A stretch of DNA of 64,000 nt from an uncultured bacterium (GTDB lineage: Bacteria > Desulfobacterota_D > UBA1144 > Nemesobacterales > UBA2774): the NCBI GenBank assembly GCA_963825135.1, contig CAWGRW010000010.1, positions 1 to 64,000 of the forward strand, read 5' to 3'. The notes below the pieces were generated by a model, which saw only the letters and a program-made list of their open reading frames with translations, made no database searches and had not been told where the DNA came from. The position numbers and the translations under genes were made by a program. Below, piece after piece: positions 42,705 through 52,887 of this stretch (the stretch's first letter is position 1; every line of letters starts with the position of its first letter).

Positions 42705-42850
42705 TTGATTCCTCCCATAAATAAAATGACGGTTTAACAATCTCTAGCTGCACTACGGCTCCCATGTCAGACATGGCGCGATGGAGACCATCTTCTCCTA
42801 ATTATAGACGAATTTTATGTTGCTATTCTCGCACAAAAATGAGGTTTGTG

Positions 42851-43600
42851 TCAAGGCGTCGTGCGGCTGAGCCAGTCCTCGAAATGCGTCGGGCCGATGC
42901 GCGGGTTGTCGCCCGGGGTGAGGGATTGATCGTTCACCTTTAAGCCGTAGTAGCGCGCGTTGACGTCCGTGATCACCTGACGCGCGTCCTTGTTTGCGCT
43001 CAAGTACCGCCTGACGAGCTCGTCGAGACGGAGCTTTTCGGGACCGGCCACCTCGACCGTGCCGTTCTCAGGCTCCCCGAGTGCTATGTCGGCGAGCGCG
43101 GCGGCAACGTCGTCCGATACGACGGGCTGCATAAGGACAGACGGCAACCTGACCGTTTTCCCGTCGGTTGCCTCCTGGGCGATGCCGCCCGCGAATTCGA
43201 AGAACTGCGTTGCGCGGAGGATAGTATAAGGAATCTTGGAAGCCTTGATCAGGTTTTCCTGGGCCATTTTCGCGCGGAAATAACCGCTCTCCAGAAGGCG
43301 ATCCGTGCCGACGACAGACAACGCAACGTGATGTCCCACGCCTGTGGCCGCCTCTGCGGCAAGGAGGTTGCGGCTCGACGTCTCGAAGAACTCCAAGACT
43401 GCCTTATCCTCCCACGATGGAGAGTTCGTCACGTCGACGACGACCTTGGCGCCTGCAAGCGCTGGAGCCAGCCCCTCGCCTGTGACGGAGTTGACGCCCG
43501 AGGAGGGTGAGGCCGCCACGACCTCATGGCCGAGCTGACGGAGCCTGTTCACGAGCTTTGATCCGATGAGCCCTGTACCACCGATAACCACAATTTTCAT
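42851..43600 (-). CDS. NmrA/atypical SDR NAD(P)-binding oxidoreductase
   Basis: VVIGGTGLIG; GYFRAK; LRATQFFEF. Confidence 0.88.
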   Translation of the reverse strand: MKIVVIGGTGLIGSKLVNRLRQLGHEVVAASPSSGVNSVTGEGLAPALAGAKVVVDVTNSPSWEDKAVLEFFETSSRNLLAAEAATGVGHHVALSVVGTDRLLESGYFRAKMAQENLIKASKIPYTILRATQFFEFAGGIAQEATDGKTVRLPSVLMQPVVSDDVAAALADIALGEPENGTVEVAGPEKLRLDELVRRYLSANKDARQVITDVNARYYGLKVNDQSLTPGDNPRIGPTHFEDWLSRTTP

Positions 43601-43887
43601 GATTCGTCTCCTTGAACTATAATCCCAAACTCAGGCTGTTTTAGAGCTACTCCGGACTGTCCCCGGAAACTCCGGCAGAGCGGCGTTGACCTGATCCGGT
43701 GCGCGGCGTCAGGCCGTGCGGAGCACTCGAATTATATTATACAGACCCCGGCCGGATAATCACAAATAGAGGCGTTACAGCGTATTCCGCGCTCTCACCA
43801 ATAGTCCGGTATCTTATCGGAAGCATGCTGAAATACGTTCTTATCCGGACCGCGCTCTTCCCGGAGAGCGGGGAATAAGGTGAAGCC

Positions 43888-44574
43888 ATGGCTTTGAAGC
43901 TCGACGACGTAGTCCCTTTCGGGAGGTCTTTTGACGAGTACAGGCGCATATTCGCGCTTACGGAAGAAGACCTCGGCAGGAAAATAATCGGCGCGGCCGA
44001 CGGGCCCGCGGGATTTAACGCCGAGATGAGAAGGCGCGGCAAGAGAGTCGTCTCGGTCGATCCCATTTATGAATTCAGCGGGGAGGAAATCGAGATGAGG
44101 TTTTACGAGGCGGTCGACGGCGTCATAGAACAGGTGAGGACGACCCCGGGCGACTGGACGTGGACGTACCACGAGTCCCCCGAAGGGCTCAGGGCCAACC
44201 GGGTGCGGGCTCTCGAAACGTTCCTCCCGGATTACGAGGCGGGCAAGAAAGAGGGAAGATACGTGACCGGGGAGCTCCCGCGTCTCGGTTTTAAGGACGG
44301 GGCATTCGACATAGCCCTCTGCTCTCATTTCCTGTTTCTCTACTCGGACAAGTTCGGCTATGAATTCCACAGGGATTCGATATTGGAGATGATGCGCGTG
44401 GCCGGGGAAGCGAGGATATTCCCCATGCTCGCCCTTTCGCTCGCGCGCTCCCCCTACATCGAGCCGCTCAGGGAAGAGCTCGAATCACGCGGCTTCACGG
44501 TCGGGATAACGAAGGTCGATTACGAGATCCAGCGCGGGGGGAACGAGATGATGCGGGTGGGGAGGGGTCGGTGA
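43888..44574 (+). CDS. SAM-dependent methyltransferase-like protein
   Basis: PFGRSFDEY, ADGPAGFNAE, FDIALCSHFLFLYSD, YEIQRGGNEM. Confidence 0.8.
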   Translation: MALKLDDVVPFGRSFDEYRRIFALTEEDLGRKIIGAADGPAGFNAEMRRRGKRVVSVDPIYEFSGEEIEMRFYEAVDGVIEQVRTTPGDWTWTYHESPEGLRANRVRALETFLPDYEAGKKEGRYVTGELPRLGFKDGAFDIALCSHFLFLYSDKFGYEFHRDSILEMMRVAGEARIFPMLALSLARSPYIEPLREELESRGFTVGITKVDYEIQRGGNEMMRVGRGR

Positions 44575-44735
44575 CGGCGAGGCCGACGCGCTCGTTGCTG
44601 TCGATAAAGGGGAGTGGACCCGTTAGGCTCCCGGCAGTGAATCTTTACGGACAATTGACAAATTTCATGAATTATTATAGCATCTTATCGAATTAGCTCG
44701 TTTTTTATGCATTAGAATCTTTAATGGAGGATGAA

Positions 44736-45630
44736 ATGCAGAAAAAAATAGTATTTTTCCTGGTTAAAATAAACTTAGCTATTGTCCTGACGCTTTTCCT
44801 GGCGGTCGGTCCGGTGAACGGACAGGATTTTCCCGACGGGTTGATCGGTATATCGAGCACAGGACCCGCCATATTGTATTCTATAGACGAAGCCACGGGT
44901 CATGCTACTCCGATTGTGACCCTCAACGGCTACGCGAGCATAACGGGTCTGGCGTTCCTGCAGAGAACCCTTTACGGAACGGACCTCGGCGGTTTTCCCG
45001 GAGGTGTATCATCTGAAAACATCGGGTCGATATCAGCGGGCGGAACTATAGATTTTCTCGGGATTCAGAACGGATCGTTTAACTGGTTTGGTCTGGCGGC
45101 GGACGAGACCAGGGGCATTTTATACACGATCGATAATGACAAATCCAATCTACTCACGGCACAGTTCCCGAACGGTCTGGTAGAGACAATAGGCTCCGGA
45201 GCGGGCATCAATGGATGCGGTATGGAATACGACGATACGCACGGCATATTGTACGCTCTATCCTCAGACGCGTCATTGTACACGGTCTCGACCGAAACCG
45301 GCACCGCGAGCCTTATAGGCCCTACCGGAATCGAAAGCGCCAGCAGCTCTGTCGGTCTGGCTTACGATGAATGCAGCCAGATTTTGTACGCCAACTATGG
45401 GAACCTCAAGCAGTTGTATACACTGGACGTAACCACGGGCACAGCAACACTTGTCGGCCCGAACGGCGTCGACGAGGTAATCGACGGCCTTGCCTGGAAG
45501 GGCCCATGCGGGCCGGGCGCGATTACGAGCCAGATACCTACCACTCTCCGAATGGGGCTTAATTGCTATGGCGGGTATTTTGGGAATAGCCGGATTTATC
45601 GTTATACACAGAAAGAAAGCTATTGCCTGA
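44736..45630 (+). CDS. IPTL-CTERM protein with propeller-like repeats; +1 frameshift near 45543 inside the sorting signal
   Basis: LYTV..TGTA repeats; removing one A restores IPTLSEWGLIAMAGILGIAGFIVIHRKKAIA*. Confidence 0.8.
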
Positions 45631-45655
45631 CATAATCTGAATAACATGGATATAT

Positions 45656-45686
45656 AAAAAGGGTGACTACGGTCGCCCTTTTTTGT
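45656..45686. terminator. Rho-independent terminator
   Basis: aaaaagggtgac-tacg-gtcgccctttttt. Confidence 0.65.
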
Positions 45687-45846
45687 TTAATCGGCGCAAG
45701 GCGCGGCTCGAAGCCGCTCCTCCTGATATATTTTAAAGATTGGATCCCCGATCGGTGCCGGGAAGGACAGAAAGGATAAAAATGAGATTGCCGCGATCGC
45801 GAAATACGCTCCCTCGCAATGACAAAAAGGGGAGATCGACGTTAAC

Positions 45847-46116
45847 ATGCTCAGGATAGAAATCTGGTCGAATGACAATATGGAATGGTCGCTCGAAGGG
45901 GACGGGGACGAGCCCCAGTACCGGCAGGCGGCGATAAAGCTGCGCTCCCTCTTCCCGGACTCGGAGGAGGTCGAGCTCGTCCTCGGCGGGGATAACGTCA
46001 GGACGGTCCCGCTCATTGAAGCTATAGATGAGATAAAATCGCTCGGCGGAAAACAAAACCTGATGCTTTGCGATAAAAAATATGAGAAAATTATGATGTT
46101 CGTATACGGGAGCTGA
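45847..46116 (+). CDS. Hypothetical protein
   Basis: 89-aa coding-like ORF just upstream of the next gene. Confidence 0.5.
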   Translation: MLRIEIWSNDNMEWSLEGDGDEPQYRQAAIKLRSLFPDSEEVELVLGGDNVRTVPLIEAIDEIKSLGGKQNLMLCDKKYEKIMMFVYGS

Positions 46117-46126
46117 AAGAGGGCAT

Positions 46127-46720
46127 ATGAGGAATGTAAGAACTGCCGCTCTGTGCGGGGCATTGATCCTGATGATCGCGGGCGCTGCGCTCGCCGCCGG
46201 GGGAAAGGAGAGCGCGAAGGACCGGGACCCGGAAAAGACCTACAAGAGCAGGCACGGTTTCTCGATCGAGTACCCGGAGGATTGGGTGCTCGTGACGTAC
46301 ATGGAGGAATACAAGACGCTCAAGGAAGCGGAGAAGGACGCGGGGAATTATTTTTCCATTCAGAGTTACCAGGACGACGACCCCCGTATAAGGAGCTACC
46401 ACTACTTCCCCGCCGACACGCTCAAGATAGAGGCGTGGGTGTACCCCGATTACGGCGGCACGCTTGCCGAGATGATAACGCAGACGAAGGACATCACCCG
46501 TATAGACGACTTCACGATAGGCGGCAAGAAGGCCAAGAAGGTATGGCAGAAGGTAGGCGAAGGGGTGGACGAGGGGGACGAGATCTATTCGATTTACTTC
46601 GTGGACGCGGGCAAGAGGGCGATATTCACCTGCTATCCGGTCTATTCGAGCCTGACCAACAAGTTCGAGGAGATAGTCGGGAGCTTCAGGTTCGAGGGGA
46701 GCCCGGCGAAGAAGCAATAA
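46127..46720 (+). CDS. Secreted PsbP-like protein
   Basis: Signal peptide; GFSIEYPEDW; TIGGKKA; FEEIVGSFRF. Confidence 0.65.
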   Translation: MRNVRTAALCGALILMIAGAALAAGGKESAKDRDPEKTYKSRHGFSIEYPEDWVLVTYMEEYKTLKEAEKDAGNYFSIQSYQDDDPRIRSYHYFPADTLKIEAWVYPDYGGTLAEMITQTKDITRIDDFTIGGKKAKKVWQKVGEGVDEGDEIYSIYFVDAGKRAIFTCYPVYSSLTNKFEEIVGSFRFEGSPAKKQ

Positions 46721-46779
46721 ATCCGGCAGACTCCGCGCTTTCGGGCGGGTAACGGTCATGAACCGGGCGAGCGGAGCTT

Positions 46780-48644
46780 CTACTCGAACAATTCGGGGAG
46801 AGGGTTTCCGGTCGCGCCGTTGGGGTATGGTATTTTGAGGAGCGCCGAGACCGTAGGCGCTATGTCGGTGATGTTCACGGGACGCATGGATTCCCCCTTC
46901 TTGATGTTATGCCCGTAGAATATGAGCGGGACGTGCGTGTCGTAGTCGTAAGGCGCCCCGTGCGTCGTCCCTTTCTTGGCGTACGCAGCATTGAACTCAA
47001 TCCACGAGGGCTCCATTATCACGATGACATCGCCCGATCTCTTCCTGTTGTAGCCGTTCTCGACAAGCTGTCTCGCCCCGGTCGTGAAATCCGCCGCGTT
47101 GAGCTCGGACGCCGTTACCACGTCGGCGACACCGTCGAGCGTCATGAGAAACGAAGCTGCTTCCTTCTCCACGTTTTCGAGGGACAACCCTATGTCCCTT
47201 ATCAGGTCGCGGTCGAGGTACACCTGCTGATTATTGTATGCAAGGACGAACTCTGAGACCACCCGGTCCGAATACCTTACCGAGGTGCTTGTTGAGCCTG
47301 TTCTCGTGTTAATCGTCGTCGAGGAAATACCCGGAGGGCACTCCTATGTCCTGCAGATAGAGGGGGCCGTCCCCGACGCCGTGGTCGGCTGTGAGGAAGA
47401 CGAGGTAGTTGTCTTCTCCGATCTCCGCGTCGAGCGCGTTCAGGAGGTCGGCGATGTCGAGATCGACCCTGAGATACGCGTCTTCGACCTCGACGGACCT
47501 CGGGCCCGTAGTAATGCCCGATTATGTCGGTCGATGAAAAGCTGACGGCGAGGAAGTCCGTAACGTCGTCCTTCCCGAGCCCCTCCCCCCTGACCGCGGC
47601 AAGGGCGAAGTCCTTGGTCATCGAGTTCCCGAAGGGCGTAGCCTTTATGAGTTTCCCGTACTGCCCCTTCGTCTCCGCCTTGTTCCCGGCGAGGACGTCT
47701 TTCAGGACGTAGGGGAAGACGGGTTTTCCGTACTCCCCTGTCTCTTCGTCCCTGCCCCTGATAGATTTCTCATAGACGTTGTCGTCGGGCAGGCTCTCGC
47801 TGTAGGTAGATATGTCCCGGAGCGTATTCCACACGCCGTCTATGCCGGGCTTGTTCACGTATTTTTCGGCGGAATATTTCGCGTTGAAGTCCTCCACCCA
47901 GGCGGGGAGCGCGGGCTTCGCCCCTTCGGGCAATTTCACGCCGCGGTAATAATACGTGCTCGTGACCCACCGGCCGCTCTCGTCGTCGAGCCAGTACGCG
48001 GCGTTCCCCAGGTGCCCCGCCGGCATTATCGCGGCCCTGTCCTTGAGCGCAATGCCTATCACTTTGGATTTCATGTTCGTGGCCAGCCTCAATTCGTCCG
48101 TCACCGTCGTGGTGAGTAAATTGCGCGGCGAGAGCTGCCCGGCCTCCGCGGCCTCGCCCGCGATTCCCCCTACGAGACCGGCCGTCGTGTCGCGGGCGCA
48201 GTAGGTCTCGCCCCTCTCGGGGGCCCTGACGAACCAGTCGTTGCCGATTATGCCGTGGACGGAGGGAGCGGCGCCCGTGTATATGGACGCGTGACCGGGA
48301 CAGGTCGTAGTCGGCACGTAGCTGTATCTCGCGTCCCTGAAGCTAAACCCGTCGTCCGTGAGCCTGTTGAAGCCGTCATCGCCGTACCTGTCCCTGAACC
48401 TGTCCAGGAAATCGTACGCCATCTGGTCGACGACTATCCCCACGACGAGCCTCGGCGGCGCGTCCTCTTTGGTTTCCTCGCCGGGCGCGGGGCTCCGGGC
48501 CGGCCCCAATGTCGGATGCGGGACGTTCTGCCGGCTAGATACATGCGCCCTCTCCCGCTCCGGCTGCCTGCACGAGAGCAGTAACGAGAGCGCGAGAAAA
48601 ATTGCGATGGCGCATATAATCCGGGGTTTTATAGGGTGTTTCAT
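46780..48644 (-). CDS. PafA-type alkaline phosphatase family lipoprotein, frameshifted (~47505 and ~47270)
   Basis: LVVGIVVDQM, PTTTCPGHASIYTG, ALKDRAAI, SFSSTDIIGH; C-terminal THGAPYDYDTHVPL. Confidence 0.85.
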
Positions 48645-48822
48645 ATCCGCGTCCCAGTCGGTCGTATATTGATAAGTTTACTCTATCAATGTTAAATCAG
48701 CATGAAGCGAATGACGAGCGCATACATATTGTAGTTCGATCCCCGAAACCTCGCAAAAAGTCTTTCTCAAAAAACACATTAGGAGTTATAATACCGGTAA
48801 ACATCGAAATAAGGAGGAGTAA

Positions 48823-49389
48823 ATGAATAAGGCAAAACTAATATTCGTCTTCGCCCTCGTATTCGCGGCGGGGTGCGTGCCCCAGGGGCAGTACAACCAG
48901 GAAGTCCAGGAGAACACGCAGCTCACGTATTTAAACGCGACGTATCAGCAGCTTAACCAGGCGCTCGAAGCGGAGGTCGCCGCCAACCAGGTCCAGATAC
49001 AGCAGCTCCAGGGCGAGCTCCAGGTCACGATGGTGAACGACATCCTCTTCGCGGAAGGCGGATGGGAGCTCCACAGCCAGGGGCGTCAGGTGATAAACAA
49101 GATAATTCCCGCGCTCCAGCAGGTGCCGGGCAAGTACATTGTGATACAGGGATTCACGGACAACCTCCCGATACTGGAGCCTCTCGCCGGAAGGTTCCCG
49201 ACGAACTGGGACCTCGCAGCAGGGCGCGCCGTATCGGTGGTACGCTACCTCGCCGACCAGGGGATAGACCCGGACTATCTGGCGGCCGTATCGTTCGGGC
49301 AGTACCACCCGGTAGCCGACAACAGCACGTCCGCGGGACGCGCGCAGAACAGGCGCATCAACATAACGATACAGGACGAGATGCCGTAG
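48823..49389 (+). CDS. OmpA/MotB-family lipoprotein
   Basis: Lipobox AAGC; GFTDN, NWDLAAGRA, GRAQNRRI. Confidence 0.88.
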   Translation: MNKAKLIFVFALVFAAGCVPQGQYNQEVQENTQLTYLNATYQQLNQALEAEVAANQVQIQQLQGELQVTMVNDILFAEGGWELHSQGRQVINKIIPALQQVPGKYIVIQGFTDNLPILEPLAGRFPTNWDLAAGRAVSVVRYLADQGIDPDYLAAVSFGQYHPVADNSTSAGRAQNRRINITIQDEMP

Positions 49390-49427
49390 GACAAAAGTCC
49401 GGATTGAAGAAATAGTTCATTTACTTT

Positions 49428-49516
49428 AATCTCCCTCCTTTGAAAAAGGAGGGCTGGGGAGGATTTAACAATTTTATTCATTAAATCCCCCTGAATCCCC
49501 CTTTTTCTAAGGGGGA
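49428..49516. repeat. C-rich/G-rich palindromic REP-like element (related copy 27533-27566)
   Basis: aaatccccc.t.aatccccc-ttttt-c.aaggggg recurring. Confidence 0.6.
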
Positions 49517-49661
49517 AAATAAAACTACTACTCCGCTCGTTTTAATTTCAATATTTTCCCATCCCCCCCACTGGCAAAATTAAACTAATCGTTTATATTG
49601 TATTTCTTGATTGGGAGGGGTTGCCCGGCTCACCCTGCCGGGACAATACACGCACATACTG

Positions 49662-50048
49662 ATGCTGAACCGCACATTGCCGGGAAGGAAGCCGCTCGCG
49701 CTCGCTATTTCGTTCGGGGTAATCATTCTGGGGCTCTACGCCTTCCGCTTCGTGAGCGGTACGCACACCGAGTACTGCCCCCTTTCCCACAAGCTGAGCG
49801 ACACGGCCGACTGCATAGTGCTCCACGTCTCCGGGGGAAGGGTGCTCATACGCCACAGGGACAGCTTTACGAAAGACGCCTACTTCGAGATAATCGGGGG
49901 CGGCCGCTCGACCAAATTCGAGATCCCCGATTACAGCCTTGCCCCGGGCGCAGAGAAAAAGTTCCGCGTGAGGCTCATAGACGGGGAACCGGGCGCGGTC
50001 ACGATAAACGGCGAGAGATTCGACCTTACCCCCATTAAGAATCAGTAG
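49662..50048 (+). CDS. Hypothetical membrane-anchored protein
   Basis: N-terminal TM; start uncertain. Confidence 0.5.
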   Translation: MLNRTLPGRKPLALAISFGVIILGLYAFRFVSGTHTEYCPLSHKLSDTADCIVLHVSGGRVLIRHRDSFTKDAYFEIIGGGRSTKFEIPDYSLAPGAEKKFRVRLIDGEPGAVTINGERFDLTPIKNQ

Positions 50049-50063
50049 AAGCGGGCGGGGATT

Positions 50064-50594
50064 TCAAAAATACGGAATGGACTCGATGCACCGGGGCGGG
50101 GTGGAGCTGGCGCAGAAATTGCAAACGACGTCTTCCGACCTTACGCCCGGTATGTCGATCGTAAGCGAAAGCTTGTCTATCTGAAACGGGTCGATGTCCT
50201 TAAGCGTGCCCGCGAGGTCCCCCTTCACGAACCTGCCGAAGTTGTTCTGGAACGTCTCGTAGAGCGTGAGCGTCCCGCAGTCGGTGAACTCTGCTATCCA
50301 CTTGTCAGGGGTGTTCAGGAACGCGAATATCGTGCCCGGGTCCTGCGTGCCTTCTATCAGGCCCACGCTCCAGGCGATCGAGAACTGATCCCCCGTCTCC
50401 TGACCCGTGCACCTGTAGCACCCGAGCCCGTCCTGCTGGCCTATAGCGAGTATGTTTTCCGCAGCGCACGGCGGGGACTCGAGGTTCACCCCGAAGCAGC
50501 CGCCGATTTCCGAGTCGCAGGATATAAAGTATATCCCGCATATTATAATCAGGACGACCGCCGGGAATAACGCCGCGCTGCTACCGGACCTCAT
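50064..50594 (-). CDS. Cys-rich hypothetical lipoprotein
   Basis: Start at MRSGSS; FISC lipobox; upstream part of the listed ORF is antisense to the SDR gene. Confidence 0.6.
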   Translation of the reverse strand: MRSGSSAALFPAVVLIIICGIYFISCDSEIGGCFGVNLESPPCAAENILAIGQQDGLGCYRCTGQETGDQFSIAWSVGLIEGTQDPGTIFAFLNTPDKWIAEFTDCGTLTLYETFQNNFGRFVKGDLAGTLKDIDPFQIDKLSLTIDIPGVRSEDVVCNFCASSTPPRCIESIPYF

Positions 50595-50699
50595 GCGATA
50601 ATTATAGCCAGAAATCAAACCACTTTTTCCAGTTTTCGGCGGGCAGCCCCGTTTATGGCGAAGTCCCGCTTTTCCTGTAGAATGTAATATCGCGGAAGA

Positions 50700-51470
50700 A
50701 TGATGAAAATGAGGTTTGAAGGCAAGAGCGTGATAGTCACGGGGGGCGGCACGGGGATAGGAAAGGAAACGGCGCTTCAGTTCGCGAAAGAAGGGGCGCT
50801 GGTCCTCATCACGGGCAGGAGGGAGGATAAGCTCGTAGAGGTGACGACCGAGGCCGCGGGGCTGGGACTCGAAATCGCGTGCAGGGCGTCCGACATATCG
50901 AGAGAGGCGGATTGCGCTTCTGCGGTCGAATACGCGCTCGAGAGGTTCGGGAAGGTGGACGTGCTGTTTAATAACGCCGGGGTGCTCTATCCGGGGACTA
51001 CGCACGAGACCCCAGTATCCGTGTGGGAGAAGACTTTCGACATAAACGTGAGGGGCGCCTGGCTCATGAGCAAGTTCGTGATACCGCACATGCTCGGGCG
51101 GGGCGGGGGGCGGATAGTGAACAACGCCTCGATCGTGGGGATGAAGGGGTTCCCGGCCCTGGCCGCCTACACGGCGTCCAAGGGCGCCCTGGTGCAGCTC
51201 ACGAGGAGCATGGCTCTTGAGTACGCGGACAAGGGGATTACGGTGAACGCCGTATGCCCCGGCACCACGATGACGCCCCTCGTCACGGAGGGTTATCTGA
51301 AGAGGGTCGGCGAGGAGGAGGGCATGAGGTTCATGAACTCGCTCCACCCCATGGGGCGGATAGCGAAAGCGAGCGAGGTGGCCCGCGCGGTGCTATTCCT
51401 CGCGGGAGAGGACGCGGGGTTTATAACGGGGCAGATGCTCGCGGTCGACGGCGGCTGGGGGGCTAAATAA
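50700..51470 (+). CDS. Short-chain dehydrogenase/reductase
   Basis: TGGGTGIG, NNAG, YTASK, VDGG. Confidence 0.93.
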   Translation: MMKMRFEGKSVIVTGGGTGIGKETALQFAKEGALVLITGRREDKLVEVTTEAAGLGLEIACRASDISREADCASAVEYALERFGKVDVLFNNAGVLYPGTTHETPVSVWEKTFDINVRGAWLMSKFVIPHMLGRGGGRIVNNASIVGMKGFPALAAYTASKGALVQLTRSMALEYADKGITVNAVCPGTTMTPLVTEGYLKRVGEEEGMRFMNSLHPMGRIAKASEVARAVLFLAGEDAGFITGQMLAVDGGWGAK

Positions 51471-51510
51471 ACGAGACTATGAGAGAAATAAAGATAGAAG
51501 GAGCGTAGAT

Positions 51511-51906
51511 ATGAAAATCGACGAGTTCGTTTACAAGCTTTGCACGGAGGGGAAGAACTTCGCGTCCCTGGCGACGCTGATGCCGGACGGCTCACCTCAG
51601 GTGAGCGTCACATGGGTGGATTCGGACGGGGAGTACATATTGATCAACACCGTCGAGGGGCGCGTGAAGACGGGGAATATGAGGAGGGACCCCCGGGTCG
51701 CGGTCTCCGTATCGGACGCGGGTAACCCCTACAGGCAGGCCATGATAACCGGGAGAGTGGCGGGAGACACTTACGACGGCGCCGATGAACATATAGACAG
51801 GATGGCCAAAAAGTATCTGAAGCTCGACACATACCCCCGCACGCGGAAGGACGAGAAGCGCGTCATATTCAGGATAAAGCCCGAGAAGGTGTTCAAGCTC
51901 ACGTAA
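51511..51906 (+). CDS. PPOX-class (F420-dependent-like) oxidoreductase
   Basis: LATLMPDGSPQVS.TW; K..NMRRDPRVAVSV; MAKKY. Confidence 0.85.
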   Translation: MKIDEFVYKLCTEGKNFASLATLMPDGSPQVSVTWVDSDGEYILINTVEGRVKTGNMRRDPRVAVSVSDAGNPYRQAMITGRVAGDTYDGADEHIDRMAKKYLKLDTYPRTRKDEKRVIFRIKPEKVFKLT

Positions 51907-52071
51907 GCGGCCGCACGCGGTATAGCCCGCGCAGCGCCTTTGCCGGCATCTACTGCCTGTCCCGCCGGCCGCACTGCGGTCTATCCGATAATCGGAATAT
52001 TCCCGCATCTAATTCCCGCGCACAGCATCTAACCGGTCATGGCAAAAAAAATAATCAGGGAGAATAACGTC

Positions 52072-52836
52072 ATGAAGCTTGCGAATAAGACAGCGCTTAT
52101 CACCGGAGGCGGAACGGGTATAGGTAAGCATACCGCCCTGCTCTTCGCGCGCGAGGGGGCGAAAGTAGTCGTCACGGGGAGGAGGGAGGCGAAGCTAAAA
52201 GAGGTCGCGGAGGAGGCCGGGAGGGAAGGACTCGCCTTAGACTACGTCGTCTCGGACGTATCGAAGGAGAAGGACTGCAAGGGGGCGGTTGATTACACGA
52301 TCGGGAAATACGGAAGGATCGACATACTATTTAACAACGCGGGCGTTCTTTTCTCGGGACTCACTCACGAGACTGACGCCGTGACCTGGGAAAAGATCTT
52401 CGATACGAACGTCAAGGGGACGTTCTTCATGTCCAAATACGTCATACCGAACATGCTCGAACACGGGGGTGGCTCGATAGTGAACAATTCCTCCGTGGGA
52501 GGGCTGAACGGGTTTCCGGGCCTCGCCGCATACACGGCGTCCAAGGGCGCCGTGACCCTGCTGACGAAGACCATGGCGCTCGAGTACGCGGATAAGGGAA
52601 TAAAGGTGAACGCCATATGCCCGGGGACGATCGAAACTCCGATGGTCGTGGACGAATTCCTGGGGAAGGTGGACGACAGGGCGGCGGCCGAGAAATTCCT
52701 CCTGTCACTTCACCCCATAGGGAGGTTCGGCAAACCTGAGGAGGTAGCGCATACGGTGCTCTTCCTCTGCGACGACAACGTGGGTTTCATGACGGGGAAC
52801 ATGATCTCGATAGACGGCGGATGGAACGCGAGATAG
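52072..52836 (+). CDS. Short-chain dehydrogenase/reductase (paralog of 50700)
   Basis: TGGGTGIG, NNAG, YTASK, IDGG. Confidence 0.93.
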   Translation: MKLANKTALITGGGTGIGKHTALLFAREGAKVVVTGRREAKLKEVAEEAGREGLALDYVVSDVSKEKDCKGAVDYTIGKYGRIDILFNNAGVLFSGLTHETDAVTWEKIFDTNVKGTFFMSKYVIPNMLEHGGGSIVNNSSVGGLNGFPGLAAYTASKGAVTLLTKTMALEYADKGIKVNAICPGTIETPMVVDEFLGKVDDRAAAEKFLLSLHPIGRFGKPEEVAHTVLFLCDDNVGFMTGNMISIDGGWNAR

Positions 52837-52887
52837 CGTGAGGCCCGCGGATGGAAGGCGCGTCAGGCGTCTCGGGCAAAAGCTTCA

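Noticed and set aside
50595..51347. N-terminal part of the 427-aa minus ORF 50064..51347
   Set aside because: Antisense shadow of the SDR gene; only 50064..50594 looks genuine
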